From NCBI RefSeq assembly GCF_001194135.2, contig NC_068984.1:13984634-14036104 (forward strand): 51,471 nucleotides of DNA, read 5' to 3'. Both the position numbers and the translations under genes were made by a program. Below, piece after piece: positions 24,571 through 35,699 of the stretch; the first letter of the stretch is position 1, and every line of letters begins with the position of its first letter. The DNA is from Octopus bimaculoides. Its lineage: Eukaryota. Below the pieces are notes generated by a model, which ran no database searches, was not told the origin of the DNA, and was given only the letters and a program-made list of their open reading frames with translations.

Positions 24571-25580
24571 GTAAGCTAAATTGGCTCGTCATTTATGATG
24601 TGAATATAACCGATCATATAAATTCTCCTGCAGAATTTTCGTGCAGAAAAATGAAATGCGTTGGCAGCTCAATTCAAACCCAACTGTAGTATTGTGCTCA
24701 ATACTTACTGTGTTACATGTAGTTACTGTAATAATTGCAGTTTGGTAGAGATACAAAGCGGCCTGGATAGCTATTTGATATGTAACAGGCAAATGAGCTT
24801 CACAGCGGTATAAAGCGTTCGTATCATGACTGATACCCATAAAGATATCTGTACGCATATCTGGCGGTAAAAAGGCTTATTTGCCTGTTATTCTGGTATA
24901 ATGTCTGCACGCGTATCAATGGTGAAGCAAGCGAGCGAATTGTCTATTTCATATATCCTGCATCAATAATATTCCATTCTTTGGGTCAGCCCATTTCTTG
25001 TATAGTCTTGAGCTTTCACAGTGGTAATAGCATTGGATATTCAATCGAAAACTTGGAACGACCAATTACATATTGCCAAATGTTATTACAAATATCGTTC
25101 ATTCAAAAAAAATATAAAAAAGTCTCAAAACGATGACATATTTGTTATTAAATCATACTTTTCCCTATAAACAAGCGTAATATTCTGCTACCTTGACAAC
25201 AAGAATGTTCCAGTGGAGTAGAAAGTTGATAATAAAAAAATCCATTCGACTGGAGAAAAAATACATTAGCGCAGAAATATGCAATAACAGAAAACATGGC
25301 TGGTATACCAACATCTGTACAGCTACCGTTGCAGACAGAGTGATAATCAGGTGTGACTAATGCTTTACAAATCACACCAGCTGCATTAGGATACTCTTCA
25401 CTAAAAGCATCCCAGAAACTACATCTGTTCTATTCCATCGTATTTTGCTCAGAGAACTGAATTATTTTATAAGAGTTTTCGTTAGCATTATTCTCTAGAA
25501 ACATTTTCTTTCCATTGAAAAAAAAAAACAAAAAAAACAATTACTCTGGATGTTTCACTGTCTTTATGTCATCATTTCAG

Positions 25581-25642
25581 ATGATACTAAATGCAGCTAC
25601 CGGAAGTTGCTCCAGATGCTAATGGCTGAGTATAACCACCTC
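25581..25642 (+). CDS. Candidate exon (phase 1 to 0): (Y)DTKCSYRKLLQMLMAEYNHL
   Basis: Acceptor catcatttcag, phase-compatible with the previous exon. Donor is weak (GTAACC; alternatives at 25650 and 25661). Confidence 0.35.
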
Positions 25643-25899
25643 GTAACCAGTGAGCACATCGTAACCTCGTGTTACATGTACAGTGTTTAATATTTAGTTC
25701 TCATACAGCATGTCTTTCAAATTACGTTATCAGAATAGCTTTATGTGAATATAAGGTGTAATTTGTGTTTGGTTTCTAGGGACAATCATCCGCTGTTGAT
25801 GATATTTCTTTTTGCATCTATCCCTTCATCAACTTCAAATGCCTTACGGGCTTTCTTTCATCTTTCTTTGAAATGACTGTAATTGTGGTGTGGTGGTAT

Positions 25900-26170
25900 G
25901 CGAGATTTAGTAATCATGGAGGATATTCCAGAGAACGCAAGCTCCCGAGAGGAACTCCCATGCTCGCCTGGCAAAAGGATGAGGCCACCTGGATATGGAC
26001 CATATCATCCCGAAAATAAAACGTGATTTGCATAGGGTCAACACTCCTACAAAGTAAAAGCAAAGTTTCAGAAGCATCGAGACCTGGTAGAGGATGGCGT
26101 TCTTTTAGAGAGAGAAACATGATGCAGCGCAACAAAATGCAAAAAGAGGCTGCGAGGTAACAGGGATGCA
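25900..26170 (+). mobile_element. Possible RTE ORF C-terminal remnant
   Basis: MEDIPE...EEL..PGKRMRPPG resembles the RTE tail MED.RIPK..LYGEL..GKR.RGRP. Confidence 0.35.
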
Positions 26171-26239
26171 GCTGGGAGGGAAAAGAAAAGCGCGTTAAGA
26201 GTCCCAGAGTTGTAGAGTCGTGAATATTGTAGAAAAGTC

Positions 26240-26892
26240 GTGAGTGAGTGAGTGAGTGAGTGCGTGAGTAAGTGAGTGAGTGAGTGATGTGAGTGAGGCA
26301 GTGAGCGAGTTAGTGGAGTGAGTGTGTAAGTGAGCGAGCGAGTGAGTGAGTGGAGTGAGTGACTAAGCGAGCGAGTGATTGAATGACTGAGTGAATGAGT
26401 CAGCAAGTGAGCGTGAGAGTCCGTGAACGAGCAAGTGCGTGAGTGAGTGAATTGGTGAGTGAGTGAGTGAGTGAGTGAGTGAATGAGTGAGTGAATGAAC
26501 GAGTAAATGAGTGCGTGAGGGAGTGGATTGAGTAAGTGAGCGAGCCAATGAGTGAGTAAGTGAGTGGAGTAAGTGAGTGAGCGAGCGATTGCGTGAGTGA
26601 GTGAGTGAGTGAGTGACTGGAGTGAGTAAATGAGCGAGTGAGTGAGTGGAGTGAGTGGGTGAGTGAGTGAGAGAGTGATTGAGTGAGTGAATGTGTGAGT
26701 GAGTGAGTGAGGAAGTGAGTGAATGAGTGAGTGAGTGAGGGAGTAAGTTAGTGAGTAAGCGAGTAAATGAGCGAGTGACTGAATTGGCGGGTGAGTGTGT
26801 TTGTGAGTGAGTGAATGAGTGAGTAAGTGAGTGAGTGAGTGAATGAGTGAGTGAGTGAGTCAGTCAGTCAGTCAGTGAATGGAGTGAGTGAG
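26240..26892. repeat. Long imperfect (GTGA)n tetranucleotide satellite
   Basis: About 650 bp of GAGT/GTGA variants. Confidence 0.95.
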
Positions 26893-26935
26893 TATTGCAA
26901 TAGAATCGATCGATGTAAACCCTATTTATTCGTAG

Positions 26936-27013
26936 GATGCCTCAGAAAGCCGTGGCTCAGCAATGGAAACATCACTGATAAAAACTGCTAAAATGAATAT
27001 TACCAACACTAAC
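26936..27013 (+). CDS. Candidate exon (phase 0 to 0): DASESRGSAMETSLIKTAKMNITNTN
   Basis: Acceptor tatttattcgtag and consensus donor GTAAGT. 78 nt, only frame 0 is open. Confidence 0.45.
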
Positions 27014-27391
27014 GTAAGTCACATTCTCACTCTATTTACATCAGATTTGAATTTCTCAAAATACAGTTTAAGTTTTAATCAGAATGTTTCCTGAATACAA
27101 TCATTGTTTACGCTGTTATGGCTTAAATGTCATTGTCCAACGACTCACTCACCTATCCATTCATCCTGAAAAGATCTCTGATAAAGATTACTTTTGTAAA
27201 GTTATTTTCAAATGAAGATCTTATTGATGAAAATGTCACTGAGCCGTCAGCGTACAGTAACATCTTATTTCTACAGAAACAACATAAAAATTAGAGACAG
27301 AACTAGAAGATATTTGGCAAATTAATATATAACACGAGGAACCAGTTTTCGGTCTGTATATCTAGTTTACCATAATGTCTTTACATTTCAG

Positions 27392-27451
27392 TTTGTGCCA
27401 GAACCGCAGAATCTGTCCAGGAACCTTTTGTTATTTAGGTCTCCGATACAA
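27392..27451 (+). CDS. Candidate exon: FVPEPQNLSRNLLLFRSPIQ
   Basis: Good acceptor ctttacatttcag but weak donor (GTTATG). Confidence 0.25.
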
Positions 27452-28316
27452 GTTATGATATGTGCATACATACATACATACATGCATACATACATATATA
27501 TATATATATATATANNNNNNNNNNNNNNNNNNNNNNNNNNNNNNNNNNNNNNNNNNNNNNNNNNNNNNNNNNNNNNNNNNNNNNNNNNNNNNNNNNNNNN
27601 NNNNNNNNNNNNNNNNNNNNNNNNNNNNNNNNNNNNNNNNNNNNNNNNNNNNNNNNNNNNNNGTATAGAGGAATATATTATTTTGTTTAAAAGAGTTCCA
27701 ACACTATCTGTTTTTTATGTTTTATTTATATTCCTGCAGAACCAATGTAGGGTATAGAATATGGAATATACAATATATAATATAATATACAATATATAAT
27801 ATAAAATAAAATAAAATAAAAATGGATGGGACCATGAAAGAAAGTATTGAATGTAGATGAAATATTGAGTGTTCAATATAAAGGATCAAATATATAAATA
27901 TATAAATATAAATATATAAAGGCGACTCGAGTTTCAGGGCTATTTCCCTTCGTCATGGCCGGTATGACAGACTTTAACAGACTATATAATATATATATAT
28001 ATGTATATATGTAATATATATTATATATGATATGTATATTATATAATTATATATATTATATGTATTATATATAATTGTAGATATATTATATATATATACG
28101 TATACTATGTGCGCGTGCGTATGTGTGTGTGTACACACAAACATATATATATATATATATATATATACAGTCTAGTGTCCAAAATTTTCATTTCATGGGG
28201 ATATATAATGCAAGCGTGTACCAATATTCACTTGTACCGAGTAATAATACTGGTTAACATTTGTGAGCTTATATAATTTCAGTTGGTTGGTTTAACCATT
28301 CTTCGTACATTCTCAG

Positions 28317-28349
28317 GCGCCTGAAAATCCAGTTGTCTCTATGGAGACT
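28317..28349 (+). CDS. Candidate 33-nt exon: APENPVVSMET
   Basis: Acceptor ttcttcgtacattctcag and donor GTATGC. Confidence 0.3.
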
Positions 28350-28429
28350 GTATGCTTCTCGATAGAGGAGAAACAATAATGAATCATGAAAAAAGAGAAC
28401 AAAATTAACTTAAGCTAAACTAGGACAGT

Positions 28430-28608
28430 GAAAGGGATTAAGTCGATTACATCGACCCCAGTGCGTAAATGGTAATTAATTCATCGACCACGAAAGGATG
28501 AAAAACGAAGTCGACCCCGGCGGAATTTGAACTCAGAACGTAACGGCAGACGAAATACCGCTAAGCATTTCGCCCGGAGTGCTAACGTTTCTGCCAGCTC
28601 ACCACCTT
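28430..28608 (-). mobile_element. SINE family B, 3'-truncated
   Basis: Matches the family B head and central domain, with the loop intact. Confidence 0.85.
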
Positions 28609-29245
28609 GTTTTGTATGTATATCATAAATGATATACAACCGCTATTTTATTGATTAGCATTATTCAGTAAATTAGGACCTCGCGAGCACTGGCTTTTGG
28701 GAAGGATTTGAAATGAAACATATAAAGGTGCAAAATGACTTAAGGAGAGCAAGTACTGATACAATACACAAGACAGAAAATTTTAATGTTGTCAGCTAAT
28801 ATAATTGCAAACACCGTAGAATTTATAATGCATCGTGTAAGAATCTATAAAAAAAAAAAGGAAGGCTGCCATTTCAAAAATATTCTTTGAATGCAATATA
28901 ATAATTTATATGAATTCATTGCATAAATTTTCTATGTTATTAGCTTTGATGTTTACGATGTCAATTAGTTTTAAATTAAGTACACTTTTATCAGAGATTG
29001 CATGTAATGCTTGCATTAAGTTCCTGATATGCAACACGAAGTTGCATTTCGAAACTCTAATTGGCATAACCTGTAATACATGCATATAAACTTACAAATA
29101 CATGTATGCATACATACATATATACACGCGCACGCACACACATATATATAGTTGTACAAGAGAAGAAAATAGCACTCCAAGTTTATTCTGCAGATTAAAT
29201 ATTTTCATCTACGGTTTGTGCTATTAGTCTGCATTAGTTTTGTAG

Positions 29246-29355
29246 ATTTAGTGGCGCTTCTGATCGGTCAGGTGATGTGGACATAAGGCCAGGAACTGAT
29301 TATCTAAATCAACTGCTATTTGACCAAACGTGCCTTTTCCTTAGTGAAACTTTGG
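29246..29355 (+). CDS. Candidate exon (phase 2 to 1): FSGASDRSGDVDIRPGTDYLNQLLFDQTCLFLSETL
   Basis: Acceptor ttttgtag, 36 open codons, donor G|GTAATG. Confidence 0.3.
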
Positions 29356-29449
29356 GTAATGCAGCTTTAAGTCAAAATCTCTTCATACACAAACACACAC
29401 ATAGACACACACACACATAGACACACACACAATCACACATCTACCCTTT

Positions 29450-29647
29450 TACTCTTTTACGTGTTTCAGTCATTTGACTGCGGCCATGCTGAAGCACCAC
29501 CTTTAGTGTGGCAAATCGACCCCAGGACTTATTCTTTGTGCGCCTAGTACTTATTCTAGTACTTATTCGCTTTTGTCGAATCGCTAAGTTACGGGGACGT
29601 AAACGCACCAGCATCGGCTGTCAAGCGATATTAGGGGACAAACACAG

Positions 29648-29700
<53 letters not shown>
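29450..29700 (-). mobile_element. SINE family A, 3' body
   Basis: Reverse complement of the family A body and tail. Confidence 0.8.
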
Positions 29701-29719
<19 letters not shown>

Positions 29720-29848
29720 NNNNNNNNNNCAAGTAGTTAACGTGAAAAAACCTCATAAGTGAAAAAACCCATCATTTTTCCCTATAATTATATTTAATTT
29801 ATATAAGGCCATTGCTATACGATAACGCCTCACGCTAAGAGGGACTCT

Positions 29849-29917
<69 letters not shown>

Positions 29918-29931
29918 TGAGAGAGAGCCTT

Positions 29932-30335
29932 CTGCCTCATCTTCGAAACGCCTAGTTTAGAATAGAGGCAGCTGATGAAGTCTATAGGTCGCTTGTCTGT
30001 TTTTCTATGTGTTCATTCTTTTGTCCGAAAAAAAAAGTCCGTATTTTGTGCTTTGTTTAGGTTCCCGTTCCTTTTTGTCCACGTTTTTTGACGTCCTCTA
30101 CCTGGATATGCATCTATATATACATGTATATGTAGGTATGTACATATATGTATGTAAGCATGCATATACTCATATATCATTTGTATTTCGAAATTCGGAG
30201 TAGATGGAACAGGGACAGCTGACGAAGGGGTATACTCTTTATGTTGCATGTCTCGCTTCTCTGTTTGTATGTTTTTTTTTTCGTTTCTCATTGTGTTTAA
30301 TGTTTTTTTGTGTGATGTCCTGTACCCTTATATGC
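29932..30335 (+). repeat. Two tandem diverged copies of repeat family X
   Basis: gcagCTGATGAAG...gacgtcctctacc (29932-30115) and acagCTGACGAAG...gatgtcctgtaccc (30190-30335). Confidence 0.65.
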
Positions 30336-30421
30336 ATGTATGTATACATATAGATGTAGGTATGTACATATATGTATGGATATATGCATATATTTATATA
30401 TTATTTATTGAATATATATAT

Positions 30422-30657
30422 ATATTAATAGCTATAGCCAAGCTAACATGGCAGTCCATGCAAATAGGACGAATGCTGCCGATGATTCGCTCCAAGAGGC
30501 CATCGCCTCTAGCTAGCTATGTAACACACGAGCCTGTGGTTCGAGGTTTGTGTGTCACATAGCTAGCTAGAGGCGATGGCCTCTTGGAGCTAATCAACGG
30601 CAGCATTCATCTTATTTTCCTGGACTGCCATGCTAGCTTGGCAATAACTATTAATAT
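30422..30657. mobile_element. Foldback/MITE-like element: 114-bp inverted arms with an 8-nt loop
   Basis: 30422-30535 versus the reverse complement of 30544-30657 shows 12 mismatches and no indels. Flanks are AT-rich. Confidence 0.8.
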
Positions 30658-31584
30658 CCAGTACCGCTACTGTAGTCTCATTTAGATAGATTTACAAATA
30701 TTAATACTTATATATATATATATATATATATATATAGCCACTATCCATAAATATTTTGACATATGTTTGAGAGTATGTTTGTGCGTGCGTGTCCTCGAAA
30801 ATGCAAACAGAGAATATAGAATGACATAGGGCGAGGAATATCTTAACATAAACTGAAACTGATAATTGAGAAATTTATTGCAACATTCCTGCAGTTATAA
30901 TTACGCAAGAAAAATTTAAACCCTGCGCTCTAAGCGATTACGTCGACAATGAAAGCATAAAATGTTTATACAACATCGATGCAGCCCAACATCATTAGCT
31001 GGATGAATACCGAACATTTATCTATTAAAAACCTCCCCTGGGTAAGATTTGAACTTAGTATTTACTATGTTCAGTCAGGCAATTGAACTAACGATGGATC
31101 ACTACGTTGGTGGTTATAAAGTTGCTGCTGAAATCGCATGGTTTTGTTTACAGAGAGGGAAAGAACGAAAAGCTAGAAAGCATTCATTCATCAATACGTG
31201 TCTGTAGAGTGTTTATCTCTTTAATGTCAAAGTCGCTATGCACAATTTACTAGAAGGTGCAATATTAGAGTAGGAAAGCTCGCGTATGCAAAGGTCAACT
31301 GATTAAGTGCCAGCCATCAATAAATTAGAAAGTTTGTCCTCGACTTATACGATTAAACAGAATGGAATTGGTTAATTCCCTTGATGGATAAAGTCTTGCA
31401 ATGAATATATATTCCACCATACTTTTGCTTTTAGTAGCTTGCCTTTGATTGCTTTTTGTTTGTTTTGTTGTTTTATTTTTCATTTTTCTTTCCATTTAAT
31501 ACCTACCAGTTACCAGTTATATATTTTCAGTTATTTCTGCATTTCTTTCTAATCCAATATTAAATATACTTTCAAGCGATTTGT

Positions 31585-31589
<5 letters not shown>

Positions 31590-31630
<41 letters not shown>

Positions 31631-31662
31631 TCTATCTCTCTCTCTCTTTCTCTCTATCTCTC

Positions 31663-31715
<53 letters not shown>
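31590..31715. repeat. (CT)n microsatellite
   Basis: Direct reading of the sequence. Confidence 0.9.
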
Positions 31716-32347
31716 ATATATNNNNNNNNNNNNNNNNNNNNNNNNNNNNNNNNNNNNNNNNNNNNNNNNNNNNNNNNNNNNNNNNNNNNNNNNNNNNNNN
31801 NNNNNNNNNNNNNTATATATATATGTATATATATTTATATATATGTGTTGTCATTTACCCATTAACTACTTATTGATTATTTCAATTGGTATTATCAGTG
31901 TGTAGATATCCTAATAGTGCAAACACGAGAATCGAATGTCTAGCATAATATGGTGTTTCTATTATTTAAATTATTACTTTTCTTTTACAAATATTACTTA
32001 GTGTTCGTATCTTATTTTTATTCTGAATGCACAAATGCCTGATGTTTCTGAGCTAATCGGAAGCGGAATCGCAGCCTCCAGGACTGTTTACAGGACCTCC
32101 CAGTCAGGTGGGTGGGAGAGATGAAGTTACTGGATAGTTGAAATAGGTTGCACTACGATAAAGAACCCCAGTCTACCTTCAGAGTTCCTTGTTGTTTCTA
32201 TCCCCGATTGCGCTTTTTAGCAAATGGTTCCCTGAGCGAAGCTCTTGTTGGATTTGAACTTTTATCGATGCTTCTATAATCTTTGTTTCTACCTAAGGAT
32301 GTTGGTCCTACACAAAAGCACTTTACTTCTGGGAAGAAGTAGTTCCT

Positions 32348-32580
32348 TATTTCTTTATTGCCCACAAGGGGCTACACACAGAGGGGACAAACAAGGACAG
32401 ACAAAGGAATGAAGTCGATGTAATCGACCCCAGTGCGTAACTGGTACTTTATTTATCGACCCCGAAAGGATGAAAGGCAAAGTCGACCTCGGCGGAATTT
32501 GAACTCAGAATGTAAAGACAGGCGAATTACCGGTAAGCATTTCGCCTGGCGTGCTAACGATTCTGCCAGCTCGCCGCCTT
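32348..32580 (-). mobile_element. SINE family B, full length, with a 14-bp TSD
   Basis: TSD AAGAAGTAGTTCCT at 32334-32347 and 32581-32594. Confidence 0.92.
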
Positions 32581-33183
32581 AAGAAGTAGTTCCTATTACC
32601 CTTTCTCCTTTGATGGATCCAGCATGGTGGGGGGAAGGTGAAGCCGTACCAAGGATTTGGGCTCCACTCGCGTAGATTTCAGAATCCCTGAGGCAGATTT
32701 TCCATCACACCGCAACAAGAATGGAATTTTATGGTGGACTAGTGTTTATAGCTGTAGCTTATAGTATCCACTAACTTCGTGTCTTGCTAATAAATGGGAT
32801 ACTTGCTTTGAGCATAAAAGGTTCTCTATCTTTTGTGACACTTCCTGAAATTAAGGCTAATTTGCTCGGTTTATATTGCTTATGTGCAATATATGTGAAA
32901 GATCCGCTGTTTTCGTCTGCAAATATCGGTCAGTAGTAGGACAGGCAGTGAACGATTTGTATCGTGTTTTAAAAAGAGTTTTTCACTTTACCGTTGGGTG
33001 GAGGTTCAGCACAGTTAAAAATTGATGTACTTATTGACAGCTCTTTTGTCATAGATTTGAAGATAATTGCTTTTAAGAAATATTGCCTCGGGTCGACGAA
33101 AGTCTTGTTAGTGAAATGACTGGAAAGAAACAATATGATAGCGTGTCTGTATGGTGCTGTGTTTGTGTGTGTGTGTGTGTGTC

Positions 33184-33217
<34 letters not shown>

Positions 33218-33244
33218 TGAGAGAGCGAGAGAGAAATCTTGTCC

Positions 33245-33560
33245 TTCACACACACGCGTGCGCAAACTGCATCACAGGCGGTGCTGGTTTGTTTACATCT
33301 CCGTATTTTAGCGGATTCGGCAAAAGAAGACGATAGAGTAAGTACGAGACCTACAAAATAAGTACTGGTGTATGTGGTGGTGGGTGGTTGTGGCGGTGGC
33401 GGTGGCGGCGGCGGCGGCGCTGGTGGTGGTGGTGGTGGTGGCGGTGGTGGTTTGGTGGTGGAGATGGTGTTGGTGGTGGGAGGAACTTGTTTGATTAAAC
33501 CATTCAAATCGCTGCCCCAGCATGGTCGCATATTAATGACGGAAACAAGGAAAAGATAAA
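33245..33560 (+). mobile_element. SINE family A 3' body interrupted by a (GGT/GGC)n expansion
   Basis: Family A body on both sides of 33365-33480. Confidence 0.7.
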
Positions 33561-33984
33561 CGATAACATTAAATACTCCAGCTTGAATAGTCAGAAACAA
33601 TGGCACAATAATTAGTAGATGTTTTTATCAAACTGTACAAACATTACTTGTACAGCGAAACAAAAAAGAAAATAGCAAAAAGGAAATCACATTTAAGACA
33701 ATTACTCTAATTTGGCAGATAATGCATTTAAAATTTGATAAATTACGGAAATATCCATAAATATCCATTTTATGTCTTTCCGAAATTGTCACAATAAAAT
33801 TCGTATTCGATGGAATGAAATTTTCTTGTATATCTCCATCCATTATTCCATCGCTGATATCAATTTCCTGGGAAAATATTCTTTATTTATAACATAATAG
33901 AGGAAAAGCATGTGATTTCGCTGTATTGTATATGATACATTGTTGTTGTTTGTTGTTGTTGCTTGTTGTTGGTTGTTGCTTCTC

Positions 33985-34262
33985 GAGCCATGTCTGGCTC
34001 ATAAGAGCCGATTTCCCGGTTTCACTGGTGTGTAGGCTCCCCATATGGACGGGACGCCGGTCTGTTACAATTGAGCTGCTAGATACAGGAGGAAAGAGTG
34101 AGAGAAAGTTGTGGCGAAAGAGTCAGCAGAAATTTGCCATTACCTTCTGCAGGAGCCGCGTGGAGCTTAGGTGTTTCGCTCATAAACACACACATCGCCC
34201 GGTCTGTGATTCGAAACCGAGATCCCTCCCTAGCGAGTACGCTACTCTAACCACTAGGCCAC
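33985..34262 (-). mobile_element. SINE family D (tRNA head)
   Basis: Sense strand gtggcctagtggttagagtagcg...ggtttcgaatcacagaccgggcg, homologous to 37958-38275. Confidence 0.75.
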
Positions 34263-34348
34263 TATATTTAATACATTAATATTCTTAATTCAGACTGTTG
34301 CTGAAGTGACTTAATTTAGCGGCATTCTAATACTTTTGTATTTTACAG

Positions 34349-34383
34349 CAGGATACATTCTTGGATTGGCTGAATATTCCGAA
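34349..34383 (+). CDS. Candidate small exon after a NAGNAG acceptor: (A)GYILGLAEYSE
   Basis: Strong acceptor acttttgtattttacag|cag but weak donor (GTATTA). Confidence 0.2.
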
Positions 34384-34679
34384 GTATTATATTTCCTCAT
34401 TTGGTTTCTGCTACTATTGTACAACCTATGTATAAATGTGAAAGTTAACCCCTTTCGAATCAAAATTATTCATATAGACGTGTACTTATCGCTAGACTTA
34501 AGAGCGATAATTTTCTGAGTTTCTTTTTAGAAAAAAGAACTGGTTTAAGGTGGGAGCATTTACTATAAATTCTAATTGAACTTCGCATTTGCTTTGCCAG
34601 ATAAACTAATTCCGCTCTTTGGGGGATGTTTGCATACATTGGAATATTTAGACCGAGAAAGAGAGAGGGGGGTGCGCGC

Positions 34680-34710
<31 letters not shown>

Positions 34711-35699
34711 GTATTTTAATTCGTGTCCTTGCTACGAGCCCAAAATTGAGGGGAGATCAAGTTGGAAACGTTGACTTCACTGTTGGTTCTGCCTTGCTTT
34801 ACATCTGCCTATCTGAATCTATCATAAAATATAGTTGCGACCTATATCTCATACGTAATGCTGATACATAATGGAAAGATTAACACCGCCATTTCTCCCA
34901 ATATATTATCTGTTACAGACGTACGATTTCAAAAAATACAAAACTCGATCAGCAGCAGATGAAAATCGTTCGGTTTGCAGTTAACAAGGTTTTACATGAT
35001 GGAACTCTAAGTAGAATACGCAGAATGGATTGCTTTCTGAAATAATACTTACTTGTTTTGCACTTAAAAAATTTATGGTAAAATATTTTGTTTCTTTTTA
35101 CAAGGCAGAAAATCAAATTTCTCCAATGATCTAGAAGACATGATATAAAAACATTAAAACATTCTTTATATTACTACTAGTATGCAATTTGTCAAAACAG
35201 AAGTCTGATCTGAGAATGTAAAAGTAAAATTAACAGTAGGACACTTTGTTCAGCATTCTATCATTTTTACCAAACGATGGTTGAATGATTTAGACCTTCA
35301 CTTTTGCTATTATGAGGTTGTAGGTACAATTTTATTGTACGGCAACTGGGGTGAAGATATTCATAGCTTTGGGTTGACATAAGCGTTTTGTGTGAAATTC
35401 AGTTGATAGAAAAAGCGTGCAAGATTTTTGGATGATCAAAAATCCAACGATTTTGTTACGAACAAGTTAATGGTAGAAATAGAAACCAAAGCTGCAACAA
35501 CAATGACAGAGATTAAAAGTGAACACTTCATCTCTGGTAGAATTAGCTTTCAAATCACATAGAATTATTTTAAAAATCGGTGTGTTTTGGATAAAGTGGT
35601 CTTGCGCGTAAGAAAAGAACAGGAATATCATGGCTGGAATGCATTTGGTCATGAATCAGTCTGATCAGGTTCAACGTGGTGTTGAACTATAGCCACCAC

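Noticed and set aside
25148-25440. Minus ORF as a membrane-protein exon
   Set aside because: FWDAFSEEYP..A...KAL..P looks more like a decayed hAT dimerisation domain, and the splice signals are ambiguous.
32030-32960. GC-richer unique stretch split by the TSD-flanked SINE
   Set aside because: All frames contain stops after removing the SINE. It is probably an old TE, but I could not assign a family.
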